DNA of 64,000 nucleotides from a virus. Where the stretch lies: positions 16,351-80,350 of the IMG/VR virus record IMGVR_UViG_3300026521_000148; one strand, given 5' to 3'. Below, in pieces: positions 1 to 10,928 of this stretch. A program made the position numbers and the translations under genes. Positions within the stretch are counted from its first letter, which is position 1; every line of letters begins with the position of its first letter. The notes under the pieces were generated by a model. That model was not told the DNA's origin and did not search any database. It saw nothing but the letters and a program-made list of their open reading frames with translations.

Positions 1-1462
1 CACCGTCAAAGTCACCTCCCATTGCGTCGAGATAAATTTCAGGGACCTCTAACGCTGATACATATACTTCCCCTATTATAGGATACTCTACAGCAGTTTT
101 ATACTCTAAAGTGTCTGGTAACTTAACCTTAACACGTTTAGATTTTATCGTTGTCTTAAGATACAATAACGTAGGAGTAATACCGCCGTATTGAATAATT
201 GGATATCTAGTAACATATGCTGGATAATCTCTTATGATATCGAATATGGATAAATAAACTAACTCACCGTATGTTATAGGCCTAACGTTCTTTACATCCA
301 TATGTTCTGACATACTTTCAATACCCTTTAATATGTCTACCTTATCATCATCCTCATGAACTAATAATAAGTAATGACCGTCCACTGTTATAGGTGAGTT
401 TAATATCTCATTTTGGCCTAACTTGTTTATAGTTTCTTCTATACCATCATCTGTTACCCATCTACTTCTAGTCTTCTCACTTATCTCCACTGGTTTCTTT
501 TTAAGTGTCTTAGGGTCTATAAGCATGGCGTTTGTACTATTAACATCGAATATGTCTTGTAAGAATCTAGTTCTTATATTAAACACAGTTATAGGTAATA
601 TACCTTTAGCGGCCTGAAATACACCTAATGACGATGTTATGCTATTTGGTCTATCTTCATCATCTAGATCAGTCATGATACTAGAACTACCTACGATAAC
701 ATTACGAGTACCATACATAATAGCTCTTTTAGTCCATTTACCCTGTATGAATTTAGACTTACCGTCTAATAAGTTTTCTAAATACTCATACACATCTAGA
801 GCAGCTTTTTGTAATCTTTTTCTAACAGCACTTATATATTCGTTATCTTTATTCTTAACATCAGATTTAAATACTTTAGCACTACTACTTATTGTTAATA
901 CTTTTCTGTATAAACCATTTATCTCGTTTTCTAAAGCTTTACCAGATTCTAATAATTTGTAATCCCTTATACCAGCTGGTATAACTAAGTACTTATTCAT
1001 AACTATCTCTTCTGCTTTATACTTTTTTAAGAACTTTATCTTAAAAGCTCTTTGCGTAGAATCTGTTTCTTTAAACACAATATCGTCATAATGTTCTAGA
1101 AAGAAATGTAGGCCGTTCTTACCGTCTAGTCTATCAGACTCTACAAAGTCTTTTACTTTATGATCCCATATAGCAAATCTAGTTCCGTCTAGTATACCAC
1201 CGTATAGACTATTTAGAGACACTAACTCTTTAAATACTCTAGGATGTAATATATCTATACCTAAATCTATATAACCGAATGTTGTGTTTCTTTCTTTAGA
1301 ACCAACTTCTCCAAATATAGTAGTACTGAATAAGCCTTCATGATGGAACTCTGTACTATTCTGTAAGAATATATCTCTTGTCTTAACTTCTAACATTTGT
1401 TTAGTTATCTTATTGTTTAAGATAAGTAATTCTATATTCAACGGTTCGTTTTCATTATCCAT
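1..1462 (-). CDS. Virion RNA polymerase beta' subunit with catalytic motif (phiKZ gp180-like); 3' end runs off the window
   Basis: Not in the ORF track; read by hand. ATG at 1462 after AAGGAG. N-terminus reads MDNENEPLNIELL...EGLFSTTIFGEVGSKERNTTFGYIDLGIDILHPRVF; the same frame reads LDAMGGDFDG at the window edge (DFDGD motif). Divergent from a gp181-like gene, as in phiKZ. Confidence 0.9.
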   Translation of the reverse strand, partial: MDNENEPLNIELLILNNKITKQMLEVKTRDIFLQNSTEFHHEGLFSTTIFGEVGSKERNTTFGYIDLGIDILHPRVFKELVSLNSLYGGILDGTRFAIWDHKVKDFVESDRLDGKNGLHFFLEHYDDIVFKETDSTQRAFKIKFLKKYKAEEIVMNKYLVIPAGIRDYKLLESGKALENEINGLYRKVLTISSSAKVFKSDVKNKDNEYISAVRKRLQKAALDVYEYLENLLDGKSKFIQGKWTKRAIMYGTRNVIVGSSSIMTDLDDEDRPNSITSSLGVFQAAKGILPITVFNIRTRFLQDIFDVNSTNAMLIDPKTLKKKPVEISEKTRSRWVTDDGIEETINKLGQNEILNSPITVDGHYLLLVHEDDDKVDILKGIESMSEHMDVKNVRPITYGELVYLSIFDIIRDYPAYVTRYPIIQYGGITPTLLYLKTTIKSKRVKVKLPDTLEYKTAVEYPIIGEVYVSALEVPEIYLDAMGGDFDG

Positions 1463-1562
1463 AGAAACTCCTTTTTATTTAATCAAAGAAGTTTTTATTT
1501 AGTATAATAATATATAGGTGGGGTAGGGGTTTTTAGTTTGAAATTATAAATATAAAGGATGC

Positions 1563-4500
1563 ATGATGGCAGATGAATTTGAAGAATTCGATGATATAGA
1601 CGCCCTGATGGCTGAAGGTGATGATTTTGACATGGGTGATTCATCCTCTTCAGATGGCCCAGTCTCCACTGTAGACCAAATAAGTGAAGGAGTTGTTGAC
1701 TCTTTAAATATAGACGCAACAGCTGAAAAGATAAAGAATTCTATGCTAGACTCATTGCCTGGTAATGTAGGTGATGGCGTTTATAAAGCAGAAAGTGCTG
1801 TAGATGATTTAACAGAAGCATTTGATAAAGAGATGAAGCCACTTAAAAAGGCTACATCAGCTACATTAGGTGGTATAGCCGATGTACTTCCTGATAGTAT
1901 GGCCGATAGTGTTAAATCATTAAAGTCATGGATAGATGGTGATGATGAATCTACTGGTAGTAATAATGAACCAACTGAAGATGAGAAGATAGCATCAGAA
2001 GTGGATCAACTTTTAGCTAAATCAGCTATCGAAGAGCAAGTTAATAGTAAACTAGCATCCGTACAGCAGAAGAAAGACTCTGAATTATTAAGTATGATAG
2101 CTGAGGCTACTACTAAGACAGTAGTATACAAGTCAGAATATGACGCTAACTATTATAAAAGAAGTTTAGAATTACAATTAAAACAAGTCTTAACAACAGT
2201 TAAACTTTATGATTTATTAAAACTAGATAGTGAGAATAGATCTAAACAACTAGACGCTATTGTTAAGAATACAGCATTACCTGATTTTGCTAAATCTAGA
2301 ACATCTGATATAGCTAAACAAATGATAATGGGTACGGCTAAGGATGTTGCTACTAACGCTTTCCTTAAGAATGATAGTATAAGTAATTTAACTAAGTTTG
2401 GTAAAGAGAAGATGTCTGGTGCATTAGGTGCCGCTACTGAAATGGTTGGTCTTGGTTCAGATTTATCAGAAATACTAACTATGCAGATGGAGCAAGGAGC
2501 TACGTTAACACAAGTTCTATCAAGTATGGCTACAGATATGGTTGTCGATAAAGCTGTATCTAAGGGAACTGATTACGCTCTTAAGAAATTATTCGAAACA
2601 CAAGGCGGTGTTAAAGTACTCGGTGATTACGATACGTTTATATCAGACCCACAAAAAGCTTTAGAAAAAGCAAAACAAGCACATATAGAAAATGGTGGTA
2701 GTGAAGAGGATCTTAAATATAAAGCTTTAGAATTAGGTAAAGAAGCTATCGGAGAACAGTATAAGACTAAAAGCGTTAATATATCCAATATAACGGATAT
2801 GAGAGATGCTGCTCAGATAGATAATAAGTTTGTTAAAACAGTAGATACAGTTATACCTACCTATTTATCTAAGATGCTTAATGAGTTAACAACTATAAGA
2901 AAAATAGCTGGTAACTTACAGTTAAGTAATGACCAACAAACAAATAAAGTATCGAGTACTAATAAAGGTAATAGTAGCTTAGGGAGCAATACTTTAGGTT
3001 TACAATCTAGTAGACCAAGTGACAATGTTCCTAAAACAGAAGATGAATTAGTATACGATTTTGAAAAAGGTAGATTTGTAACAAAGAAAGATGTTAAGAA
3101 AGTTATAAATGAAAAAATAGATAAACACGTAGCCAAACTAGCTGATGATATCATAAGTAGCAATATAGATGAACTTATTGTTCCAGACCATTTATCTATA
3201 AAAGAAAGAACATCCATAGCCTTAGCTATTAGTGATTATATCATGTCTGGTAAATCCATAGCACCAGCATATATGCACGAGGATGGTTTTCTTAACTATT
3301 TTAAAAATGATAAAGAGTTAAAGAAGAAAGTTAGTAAGGGTTTATCGAGACTAGAGTCTCCTGAAAATAAACTTATTTATGATCAAAGAGCTAAGTTAAC
3401 ACAATCTTTAGAAAGATTAAAGAAATCTAGTATCTCTAATTTTTCCGATATAGCTAAATCTGCAGATTTAAATAATAGTGTAGATACATTATTAGAAATG
3501 GGTATCGTTGATGAAGATAACCCAAATGTTATATCTACTAAGAATGTTAAAGATACGTATAGTAAACGTATACGTAAACAAACAACAGGTAAAATAAAAG
3601 AAAGTAAATTATCACTCAGTGAACAACAATTAGTAGACTCCATAAAAGAGAAAGAAAATAAATTAAAAGAAAAAGCTAGAACAAGAGATGATAAGTTAAA
3701 AAGAACTAAGACTAGAACTCTTAGAAATTACAAAGATAATGAAGATGCTGAAAAGGCATTTAATAAAGGTATAGATAGTTACGGCAAAACAGAAGATGAA
3801 TTAGATAAAGTACTTAATGAACTAATAAAAGATAAACCTATAGAAGAGGCTAACCTTATAGAAGAGGCGTTCAGTCTTGGACTTGGGCAAGGGTTAAGAG
3901 AAGCAGAGGAGTTAAAACGTTATAAAGAAGAGCGCGCCAATCTTGCTAAGAAATATGACAATAAAGTTAATAGAGCTACCAAGAAAATGGATGAAGATGA
4001 GAAGTCTTCTTTTATAGATAGACTAAGAGCTGAAACATTATTAGAGGAGATAGGTTCATTTAGTAAAGGTGGTAGTACAGGTAAGGGTAAAGATGATGAA
4101 GTAGCTGGTATCATACATAGAAACGAATACGCTCTTAATAGAAAAGATATACAAGATCTAGCTAACTTTATATCTGAAGGTAACGTTAAGAAGATCGTTA
4201 AGTTCTCTACCAGTATATTAGAAGATATTAATAAAGAAGATAATGTGTTCGATATTAAAGATATCGATAAAGATATAGTAACATCTTTTATAAGTAAACA
4301 TATACCAGATAAGGTTAAGGATACTTATACAGATTTAAAAAATAACACAAAAGAATTTATGGAAGGTGATGTTGTAAATGACTTCTACAATAACCATAAA
4401 GAAACATTCGATAGTGTTAAACAATTTAAAGATGATAAAGTATCTACTATAAAGACTAGTTATACGAAAACAAAAGATAAGATAAGTAAATATATACCAG

Positions 4501-7500
4501 AAACAAAAGTTATAGAAGATGCTATAAGTAATATAACAAAAACACTATCTTCATCACTAGAATCTATAAGTAAAGATATACCTAAAAATATGACTTCTGT
4601 TAAAGAAAACCTAACATCATTTACAGAAACACTAGGAACTACATTAGGCGATATGAAAACATCCTTATCCACAACATTCCAAGAACAAATGAAATCATTA
4701 GGAGAATTTACAGATTCTATATTTAGAAAAGGTACATTGTTATCTGAAGCGAAAGACTCTGTAGCTGGTTTAGCTTCCTCGCAGATAAAAAGTGTGAAGG
4801 AGTATGTTAATGGTAGTACTAAATCTATAAGAGATGAACTTGTAGAAAAAGGTGTTCTTAAGATAGACAAAGATGGTAAGATCATTAGTGTAAGTAGTGA
4901 GTCTATAAAAGATGAAATAAATAAAACTGTTGATAGTGTTAAGAATAGTAAAGATGATAATATAATATCAAAGTTAGTAAACACAACAACTAGTATGGTA
5001 TCATCAGGTATTAATAGTGTAAAAAGTGTGTTTAGTAATACTATAGACGTTACTCCAGAGATGTTAGCAGATATAAAGAATATGGAAGAACTAGTTAATG
5101 AACATGGTGCGGGTCCGATTATGAAAAACTATCTAGCATCTAGACCATTACCTAATAATGAATTAGCCGCAACTGATTTATACAGAGCTATGTTTACTGT
5201 TATGGATCCTTCTGGTCAAATGTGGGAGAAAGTTAAAGAGATGCCTGACCACCTTAAAGATTTAGAAAAGTTACATGTTAAAGCTATAGAGGAAGGTCAG
5301 AAAGGTTTATTGGGTAGAGCTTTAGAAGCTTCTAGTAACGTTTTCGATAAGGGTAGTTCTTTATTAGGCGGTATGAAAGATAAGATCATAAATAGTCTAC
5401 CTGAACCATTACGCGGTCCAGCTAAAAAACTATTAGATAATAAAATAACTAAGCTAGCTGGTAATGCATTAACTAATCTTAAAAAGATAGGTAAGGGAGC
5501 TTTAAAAACAACGCTAGATGAAATGCGTATCATAGGGCAAGAAGGTAAAGAATTATTTATTAATAAAGACGGTAAGTTACAGGTTCCTAATGCTTTAAAA
5601 TTAGCTAAGTTCGCCGGTAAAGCTTATGGTAGATCTATGGTAGCTACTGGTAAGGGTGTTAGAGAACTATACGGTGGTGTATTAGGTAAAGTAGATTATA
5701 AAGGTAAAGGTTTCTTAGGTAGATTTAATAAAAATAACTATGAAGCACAAAGTGGTATTTTAACAGACACAGTAAAAGCAGCTGGTGGTCTTGCATGGGA
5801 TTTTACAGCTGGTAAGTCTATAAAGAATACAAAGAAAGCTTTAAATAGATTATGGGCTAAAGTTAAGCCACCTATCACAAGGGAATTATTCAATGCTTGG
5901 GCCGATGGTACGATGACAGCTAAGGATGTTGAGGATGCTCTTAAAACAGATGAGGAAAAACAAATTTGGAGAGATTGGTTAAAAGCTAATACTCCGTCTG
6001 GTGTAACATTACCTAAAGTATTGTTGAAAACAGGCGAATGGTTCGTTAAATCTACTGTAGGTACTGGTAAACAAGTTAAGAAAGGTTATGGTAGTGTATT
6101 CACAGCTGGTAAGTATGCTGCTAAGGTAGCTAAAGATATAGCCATGGAAGCTTCAGGTGCTAATGATATAAAACGCTCTATAAAGAGAACATTAACTAAA
6201 CCAGATATAGATAAAAGTTTATATAGAAGTTGGGTTAAAGGTGATTTAACATCTAACCAAGTTAAAGATGCTTTACAAACACAAGAAGAGAAAGATAATT
6301 GGGTAAAATGGTTATCTGGTAATGCTACTAAGCACAGGTCCCTACCTAAACTACTAAATATGACTGGTAAGTGGTTTGCTAAAGCTTTAGGTAAAACAGC
6401 AGCAGGTGTTGAAGTAGGATATAAATCAGGATTTAAGAAAAGTAAAAACGTTACAGGATTAGCTTCTAAAGTAGCATATGCTGTATCAGGTATAGATGAG
6501 TTACTTAATAGCAAAGATAGACATAATGTAAAATTTAAAACATTATTAGATATCATACCTGAGAATATGAGAGCAGTTGTTATAGACGACATCAGTAATA
6601 ACGCTAAAGAATTAGGTATAACTACAGATGAGTTAAGAATACTTAATGAAAATGTAAACAAACTAAAAAGAAAAGATAAACAAAAACTAGTTAGAAAGAT
6701 GAGTGATCTTGTTAGTTTATATCTAGCAGAAGATGATGGTCTAAAAGATAAGATCGCTACTGATATTAAGAATCTTTTATTATACACACAATCGCTAAAT
6801 AAACATAGTAAAGATACTGAATCTAATAGTAGTGTAAAAGGTGTTAAAGTATCTACAACGAAAACATTCACAGGTAATAAAACATCTAAGGAGAAGGAAT
6901 TTCTACTAGGTGGGTGGACTGGCGATGGATCCGTTAAAGATATAGCTGGTAAAGTACACAAAGAAGAATATGTTATAAACAATAAAAAAGTTAAAGAATT
7001 ATTAAATATAGTTAAGAAAGGTAATATAGATAAAATAAATACATTTACAACTTCTATAGCTAAAGACATAGTTAAGTCTTCTGAGAAGATAAATGAGAAG
7101 ATAGATAAGTTAGATAATCCTTATGAACAAATGATAGAATTACTTAAATCTATTAATAAAAGTTCGTCTATAACGGCTAGTAAACCTGGTCTAGGTAGTA
7201 AGTTTATGGAAACATTTACTAACATCATATCCGATCTTAAAGGTACGAAAGATAAAGTTAAATCTAGTCTAACTAGAGTCGGTAACAGAGCTAGTGTACT
7301 GAAGAAGTTATACGGAGATAAAAAAGAACATGCTAAACGTACTATAAAAGAGAAGTTAAAAGATACTAAATCTGATTTATGGAAAACGCTATTAAAGTTC
7401 TCGCCATTGATTATAGGTGGTATAACTGGATTAGTTAAAAAATATATAACAGAACCTTTCTCTAATATGTTTACGTCTATTAAAAATGTTTTTAGTGGTG

Positions 7501-9146
7501 GTCTATCTACAATAACTAACACATTAACAGGTGTTAAAACATTTCTAGGTGATGGTATATTAGGTTTAAAAACAGCTTTACTTAAACCACTTAATCTTAT
7601 AACTAAACTCTTTGGCGGGCTATCGGATTTTATGGGTAGTAAATTTAAGTCTATAACTACTTCATTAAGTAGTTTTAAAGATAGTATTGTTAATAAAACA
7701 AAAAGCTTTTTTGGTACAGATAGTAAAGACGTCATAGATAAGCCAGAAACGCACCTTAAAGACACGAAAGTATCAACTACGAGTAAAACTACGAAACCAG
7801 TTAAAAAAGGTTTCTTCAGTAATTTATGGAGTAGTGCTAAAGCGAAAGCTAAATCTATCTTACCATCTAGTAAAACATTGGGTGTTGATAAATTAAAATC
7901 GTTATGGGGTGTAGTTAAAGAAAAGTTATTTAAGAAAGTAGGTAAAAAAGCTGGTATAAGGCTAGCTAGTAAAACATTAGCTAAATTCGTTCCTGGTGTT
8001 GGTACTGCTTTATTAGCTTATGATGCAGCTAAAGTAGGATGGGACCATTTCCATAACAACACGCCATTATTAAATGCTACATCTAAACAGCTGTTAGGTT
8101 TTGATGTGTTTGAAGATGATGGTGAAAGTACTAGCGATGTTAAAAAACCGTTATTAGAAGCCATTAATAATACTGGGTATAAACCAGTTATTAGACCAGT
8201 TAATAATCCTAAGTTTAAATCAGATATTAAGCTAGATAGTGATGGTAATGTAACTACACCTACAATAGGTAAAGTTAAGATAGATACAAAAGATATAAAG
8301 GTCCCTATAGAGCCTCTTATACAAGATCTTAAGAGAGATGAAGGTGTTGTATTACATAAATATAAAGATAGTTTAGGATATGAAACCATAGGAGTAGGAC
8401 ACCTATTAGATAAAAGAAAAGGTGGTAAAGATCTAAGAACTATCTTAGGTGTAGATAAGGATAATATAACTAGAGATGAAGCGGACGTTATATTGGTAGA
8501 TGATATTAACAAAACAAGTAAAGAGTTATATAAAGCATTACCATGGTTAGAAACTAAACCGTTAAATATACAAAATGATCTAACTAACATGGCGTTTAAT
8601 CTAGGTGTTGGTGGGCTACTTAAGTTTAAGAACACACTTAAGCACTTAGAGAATGGTGATTATAAGAGAACAGCAGCTGGTTTATACCAGAGTAAATGGA
8701 GAAGACAAGTTGGCGCTAGAGCAGATAGGATCATAGCCGATGTAGCTTCTACTCCTAATGATACAGTTATAGAGTCTAGTTCGAATAATGTAGTTAAACC
8801 AGATGTATCTACACTAGTGAGTAAACAACAGACTAAGACTACAATAGATAAATCTAAACAACAATATCAACAGTTACCTACTAAAGTAAGTGTTAATATG
8901 GATACCGTACAGGAAAGTAAACATCTAAGTGATGTTAAGGAGATAAATGGTAAGACATATGAAGTATTAAAAGATTCTCTTAAGGTACAAACAGGTATGT
9001 ACGATAAATTAGATAAGTTAGTATCGTTACAAGAGGAACAGTTAAAGATAATGACAAATGCTAATAGTCGTAGGAAACAATCTAACAACACTAGATTTGA
9101 GAATGATTATAAAGGTAAGGTAGATCATAAAACAGCTAATTTTTAA
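1563..9146 (+). CDS. Giant tail/tape-measure-type virion protein with C-terminal GH24 (T4-type) lysozyme (phiKZ gp181-like)
   Basis: 2527 aa, largely helical. Two GGxTGxG..(E/D)xAGxxHxxEY tape-measure motifs. Muramidase motif DLKRDEG...YKDSLGYETIGVGHL...NMAFNLG...SKWRRQVGARA at ~8325-8740. Confidence 0.8.
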   Translation: MMADEFEEFDDIDALMAEGDDFDMGDSSSSDGPVSTVDQISEGVVDSLNIDATAEKIKNSMLDSLPGNVGDGVYKAESAVDDLTEAFDKEMKPLKKATSATLGGIADVLPDSMADSVKSLKSWIDGDDESTGSNNEPTEDEKIASEVDQLLAKSAIEEQVNSKLASVQQKKDSELLSMIAEATTKTVVYKSEYDANYYKRSLELQLKQVLTTVKLYDLLKLDSENRSKQLDAIVKNTALPDFAKSRTSDIAKQMIMGTAKDVATNAFLKNDSISNLTKFGKEKMSGALGAATEMVGLGSDLSEILTMQMEQGATLTQVLSSMATDMVVDKAVSKGTDYALKKLFETQGGVKVLGDYDTFISDPQKALEKAKQAHIENGGSEEDLKYKALELGKEAIGEQYKTKSVNISNITDMRDAAQIDNKFVKTVDTVIPTYLSKMLNELTTIRKIAGNLQLSNDQQTNKVSSTNKGNSSLGSNTLGLQSSRPSDNVPKTEDELVYDFEKGRFVTKKDVKKVINEKIDKHVAKLADDIISSNIDELIVPDHLSIKERTSIALAISDYIMSGKSIAPAYMHEDGFLNYFKNDKELKKKVSKGLSRLESPENKLIYDQRAKLTQSLERLKKSSISNFSDIAKSADLNNSVDTLLEMGIVDEDNPNVISTKNVKDTYSKRIRKQTTGKIKESKLSLSEQQLVDSIKEKENKLKEKARTRDDKLKRTKTRTLRNYKDNEDAEKAFNKGIDSYGKTEDELDKVLNELIKDKPIEEANLIEEAFSLGLGQGLREAEELKRYKEERANLAKKYDNKVNRATKKMDEDEKSSFIDRLRAETLLEEIGSFSKGGSTGKGKDDEVAGIIHRNEYALNRKDIQDLANFISEGNVKKIVKFSTSILEDINKEDNVFDIKDIDKDIVTSFISKHIPDKVKDTYTDLKNNTKEFMEGDVVNDFYNNHKETFDSVKQFKDDKVSTIKTSYTKTKDKISKYIPETKVIEDAISNITKTLSSSLESISKDIPKNMTSVKENLTSFTETLGTTLGDMKTSLSTTFQEQMKSLGEFTDSIFRKGTLLSEAKDSVAGLASSQIKSVKEYVNGSTKSIRDELVEKGVLKIDKDGKIISVSSESIKDEINKTVDSVKNSKDDNIISKLVNTTTSMVSSGINSVKSVFSNTIDVTPEMLADIKNMEELVNEHGAGPIMKNYLASRPLPNNELAATDLYRAMFTVMDPSGQMWEKVKEMPDHLKDLEKLHVKAIEEGQKGLLGRALEASSNVFDKGSSLLGGMKDKIINSLPEPLRGPAKKLLDNKITKLAGNALTNLKKIGKGALKTTLDEMRIIGQEGKELFINKDGKLQVPNALKLAKFAGKAYGRSMVATGKGVRELYGGVLGKVDYKGKGFLGRFNKNNYEAQSGILTDTVKAAGGLAWDFTAGKSIKNTKKALNRLWAKVKPPITRELFNAWADGTMTAKDVEDALKTDEEKQIWRDWLKANTPSGVTLPKVLLKTGEWFVKSTVGTGKQVKKGYGSVFTAGKYAAKVAKDIAMEASGANDIKRSIKRTLTKPDIDKSLYRSWVKGDLTSNQVKDALQTQEEKDNWVKWLSGNATKHRSLPKLLNMTGKWFAKALGKTAAGVEVGYKSGFKKSKNVTGLASKVAYAVSGIDELLNSKDRHNVKFKTLLDIIPENMRAVVIDDISNNAKELGITTDELRILNENVNKLKRKDKQKLVRKMSDLVSLYLAEDDGLKDKIATDIKNLLLYTQSLNKHSKDTESNSSVKGVKVSTTKTFTGNKTSKEKEFLLGGWTGDGSVKDIAGKVHKEEYVINNKKVKELLNIVKKGNIDKINTFTTSIAKDIVKSSEKINEKIDKLDNPYEQMIELLKSINKSSSITASKPGLGSKFMETFTNIISDLKGTKDKVKSSLTRVGNRASVLKKLYGDKKEHAKRTIKEKLKDTKSDLWKTLLKFSPLIIGGITGLVKKYITEPFSNMFTSIKNVFSGGLSTITNTLTGVKTFLGDGILGLKTALLKPLNLITKLFGGLSDFMGSKFKSITTSLSSFKDSIVNKTKSFFGTDSKDVIDKPETHLKDTKVSTTSKTTKPVKKGFFSNLWSSAKAKAKSILPSSKTLGVDKLKSLWGVVKEKLFKKVGKKAGIRLASKTLAKFVPGVGTALLAYDAAKVGWDHFHNNTPLLNATSKQLLGFDVFEDDGESTSDVKKPLLEAINNTGYKPVIRPVNNPKFKSDIKLDSDGNVTTPTIGKVKIDTKDIKVPIEPLIQDLKRDEGVVLHKYKDSLGYETIGVGHLLDKRKGGKDLRTILGVDKDNITRDEADVILVDDINKTSKELYKALPWLETKPLNIQNDLTNMAFNLGVGGLLKFKNTLKHLENGDYKRTAAGLYQSKWRRQVGARADRIIADVASTPNDTVIESSSNNVVKPDVSTLVSKQQTKTTIDKSKQQYQQLPTKVSVNMDTVQESKHLSDVKEINGKTYEVLKDSLKVQTGMYDKLDKLVSLQEEQLKIMTNANSRRKQSNNTRFENDYKGKVDHKTANF

Positions 9147-9162
9147 AAATAAAAAAAGAATG

Positions 9163-9190
9163 CATAGTATGGACTTAAGTCCATACTATG
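9163..9190. terminator. Palindromic hairpin terminator between convergent genes
   Basis: CATAGTATGGAC-TTAA-GTCCATACTATG, followed by a T-tract on the minus strand. Confidence 0.75.
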
Positions 9191-9886
9191 TTATTTCTCC
9201 AAGAATGCTTTAACGATATCTTCGTTGGTTGTTTTCCCGTCAAGACCATCAAACAGATTATCTGACTTAAGATTGTCCATAATCTTATTGATAACGACTT
9301 CTTTAACTTTAAGTCTAAAAGCGTTATAATCTTTTGCATCAATATCCGCAACATCAGCACCAAACTCATCTATGAACATATTAACGATGGTTCTAAGATG
9401 AATACCAGCTATGATACCATATACTTTAAGTTTATCATTTCTGATCTCTTCAGTAAGAACACCGCGTTTAACTTCGATCATAGGCATAATGCGGATAGCA
9501 TCAATTTGATCATCATACTCACCAATAACATCTCTAATAAGATCTTCATCACTAAGGATTCTGTCAACTGTTACTAATGTAAGGATGTTCCAGAAGTTAG
9601 GAATATCTCTTTTAATAGCAGATCTACGAATGAAAGCGTAATCATTTTTACGCAGCTGTGAATTGATCCATACAGGTTTAGCATTTTCATAAGATAGAAA
9701 TCTCATAACGTTACCGATGCTGTATGTCTTACCAAAGATACTCTTAAAGTTAGCAGCAAAATCAATACTTAATCTATGGCCCAATGAGTCCTCTTCTAAG
9801 TGACTACCTACTTTTAACATTACTGTATCATTACGTTGTGTACCAAGATCTTTAAGATCCTCTAAACTCATTTTCTCTTTACTCAT
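9191..9886 (-). CDS. Hypothetical protein
   Basis: 231-aa ORF in a tightly packed minus-strand run. Confidence 0.75.
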   Translation of the reverse strand: MSKEKMSLEDLKDLGTQRNDTVMLKVGSHLEEDSLGHRLSIDFAANFKSIFGKTYSIGNVMRFLSYENAKPVWINSQLRKNDYAFIRRSAIKRDIPNFWNILTLVTVDRILSDEDLIRDVIGEYDDQIDAIRIMPMIEVKRGVLTEEIRNDKLKVYGIIAGIHLRTIVNMFIDEFGADVADIDAKDYNAFRLKVKEVVINKIMDNLKSDNLFDGLDGKTTNEDIVKAFLEK

Positions 9887-9890
9887 AAAA

Positions 9891-10301
9891 CTATCCTCTG
9901 TGTTTATTTAATAATGCAACTGCGAAAGCTGCCAGATGTAATCCATCTATTCTACCAACTCCATCATCAATGATTGATTTATCTATGAACAATGGTGTTT
10001 CAATACTATTAAAGTCTATTAAATTTTTAATATACCTACTAACATAATCCCTAATATATGATGTTAAATCTCTACCATCTACAATGGTGTTATCCATAGA
10101 TGTTTTAACAAGTAATAAAAACTTTAAGTTACTATATGAACCATCAGAAGATTCTGATATATGTCTGTCTAAAGTATCTACATTTCTTTTACTAAAGAAT
10201 GCTACTATGTTAACATCATTAAGGTAGTTCCTAAACTCTTGCGGTGTATCTTTTTTAACAGATTTAACTATCTCGCTAATATGTCCTAAAACCTCTAACA
10301 T
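9891..10301 (-). CDS. Hypothetical protein
   Basis: 136-aa ORF with AGGAG RBS. Confidence 0.7.
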   Translation of the reverse strand: MLEVLGHISEIVKSVKKDTPQEFRNYLNDVNIVAFFSKRNVDTLDRHISESSDGSYSNLKFLLLVKTSMDNTIVDGRDLTSYIRDYVSRYIKNLIDFNSIETPLFIDKSIIDDGVGRIDGLHLAAFAVALLNKHRG

Positions 10302-10311
10302 ATAAAACTCC

Positions 10312-10908
10312 TTAATCGTTTTTACTTATAAGTAATTCATGCTCACTAACTTTACCATGTATGCTTTTTATTTCTACTCCTATAGTAACATTATCGTTAT
10401 CTAATAGTTCGAATACTAGAAAGATATAACTTTTCCAAGATATAACCTCAGATTCTAATACCTTAGCTATAGTAGCTTTATTCTTTTTACCACCTTTTTT
10501 ATGGTAGTTAGTTATCAACTTGCGTTGGTCTTTTTTACTGTTTAATTTTAGATCTATTAGTAGATCATCAAAGTTTTGTTTAAGGATCTCTCCTGATGTT
10601 TTCTCCTTATAGTCTTCTTGTTTCTTTTTAGTAGAGATAACATATATTTTGTTGTTCTTAGTTACCTTTAATATTAAAATTATGTAATGTGCTTTTAATA
10701 CCCTTAATAATAAGAACGTGAAACTATTCCATGTCATCTCGCCAGCTAAGATTAACCTACTTATCGTAGTTCTATTCTTAGTACCTACATACCTATTTAT
10801 AAAATAATTAATAGAATTTATAAAACCAGTTTCTATTAATATCTTCCTAAATAGCTTTGTGAGTATGCCATCTTCACTACTCTGTATGGGTGACATCTCT
10901 TTAAGCAT
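10312..10908 (-). CDS. Hypothetical protein with an internal duplicated domain
   Basis: 198 aa, GGAGG RBS; two similar halves (ISRLILAGEMTWNSF / IAKVLESEVISWKSY). Confidence 0.7.
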   Translation of the reverse strand: MLKEMSPIQSSEDGILTKLFRKILIETGFINSINYFINRYVGTKNRTTISRLILAGEMTWNSFTFLLLRVLKAHYIILILKVTKNNKIYVISTKKKQEDYKEKTSGEILKQNFDDLLIDLKLNSKKDQRKLITNYHKKGGKKNKATIAKVLESEVISWKSYIFLVFELLDNDNVTIGVEIKSIHGKVSEHELLISKND

Positions 10909-10928
10909 AACTTACCTCCTATTTATGT

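Noticed and set aside
423-962. Plus-strand ORFs 423..617 and 639..962
   Set aside because: Antisense shadows of the minus-strand RNAP beta' gene, which the track missed because it runs off the window
1495-8635. Minus-strand ORFs inside the giant tail gene (e.g. 6086..7069, 7121..7765, 8018..8635)
   Set aside because: Leu/Ser/Phe-rich mirror translations of a Lys/Asp/Glu-rich gene, with no RBS; the same applies to the other antisense ORFs in the track
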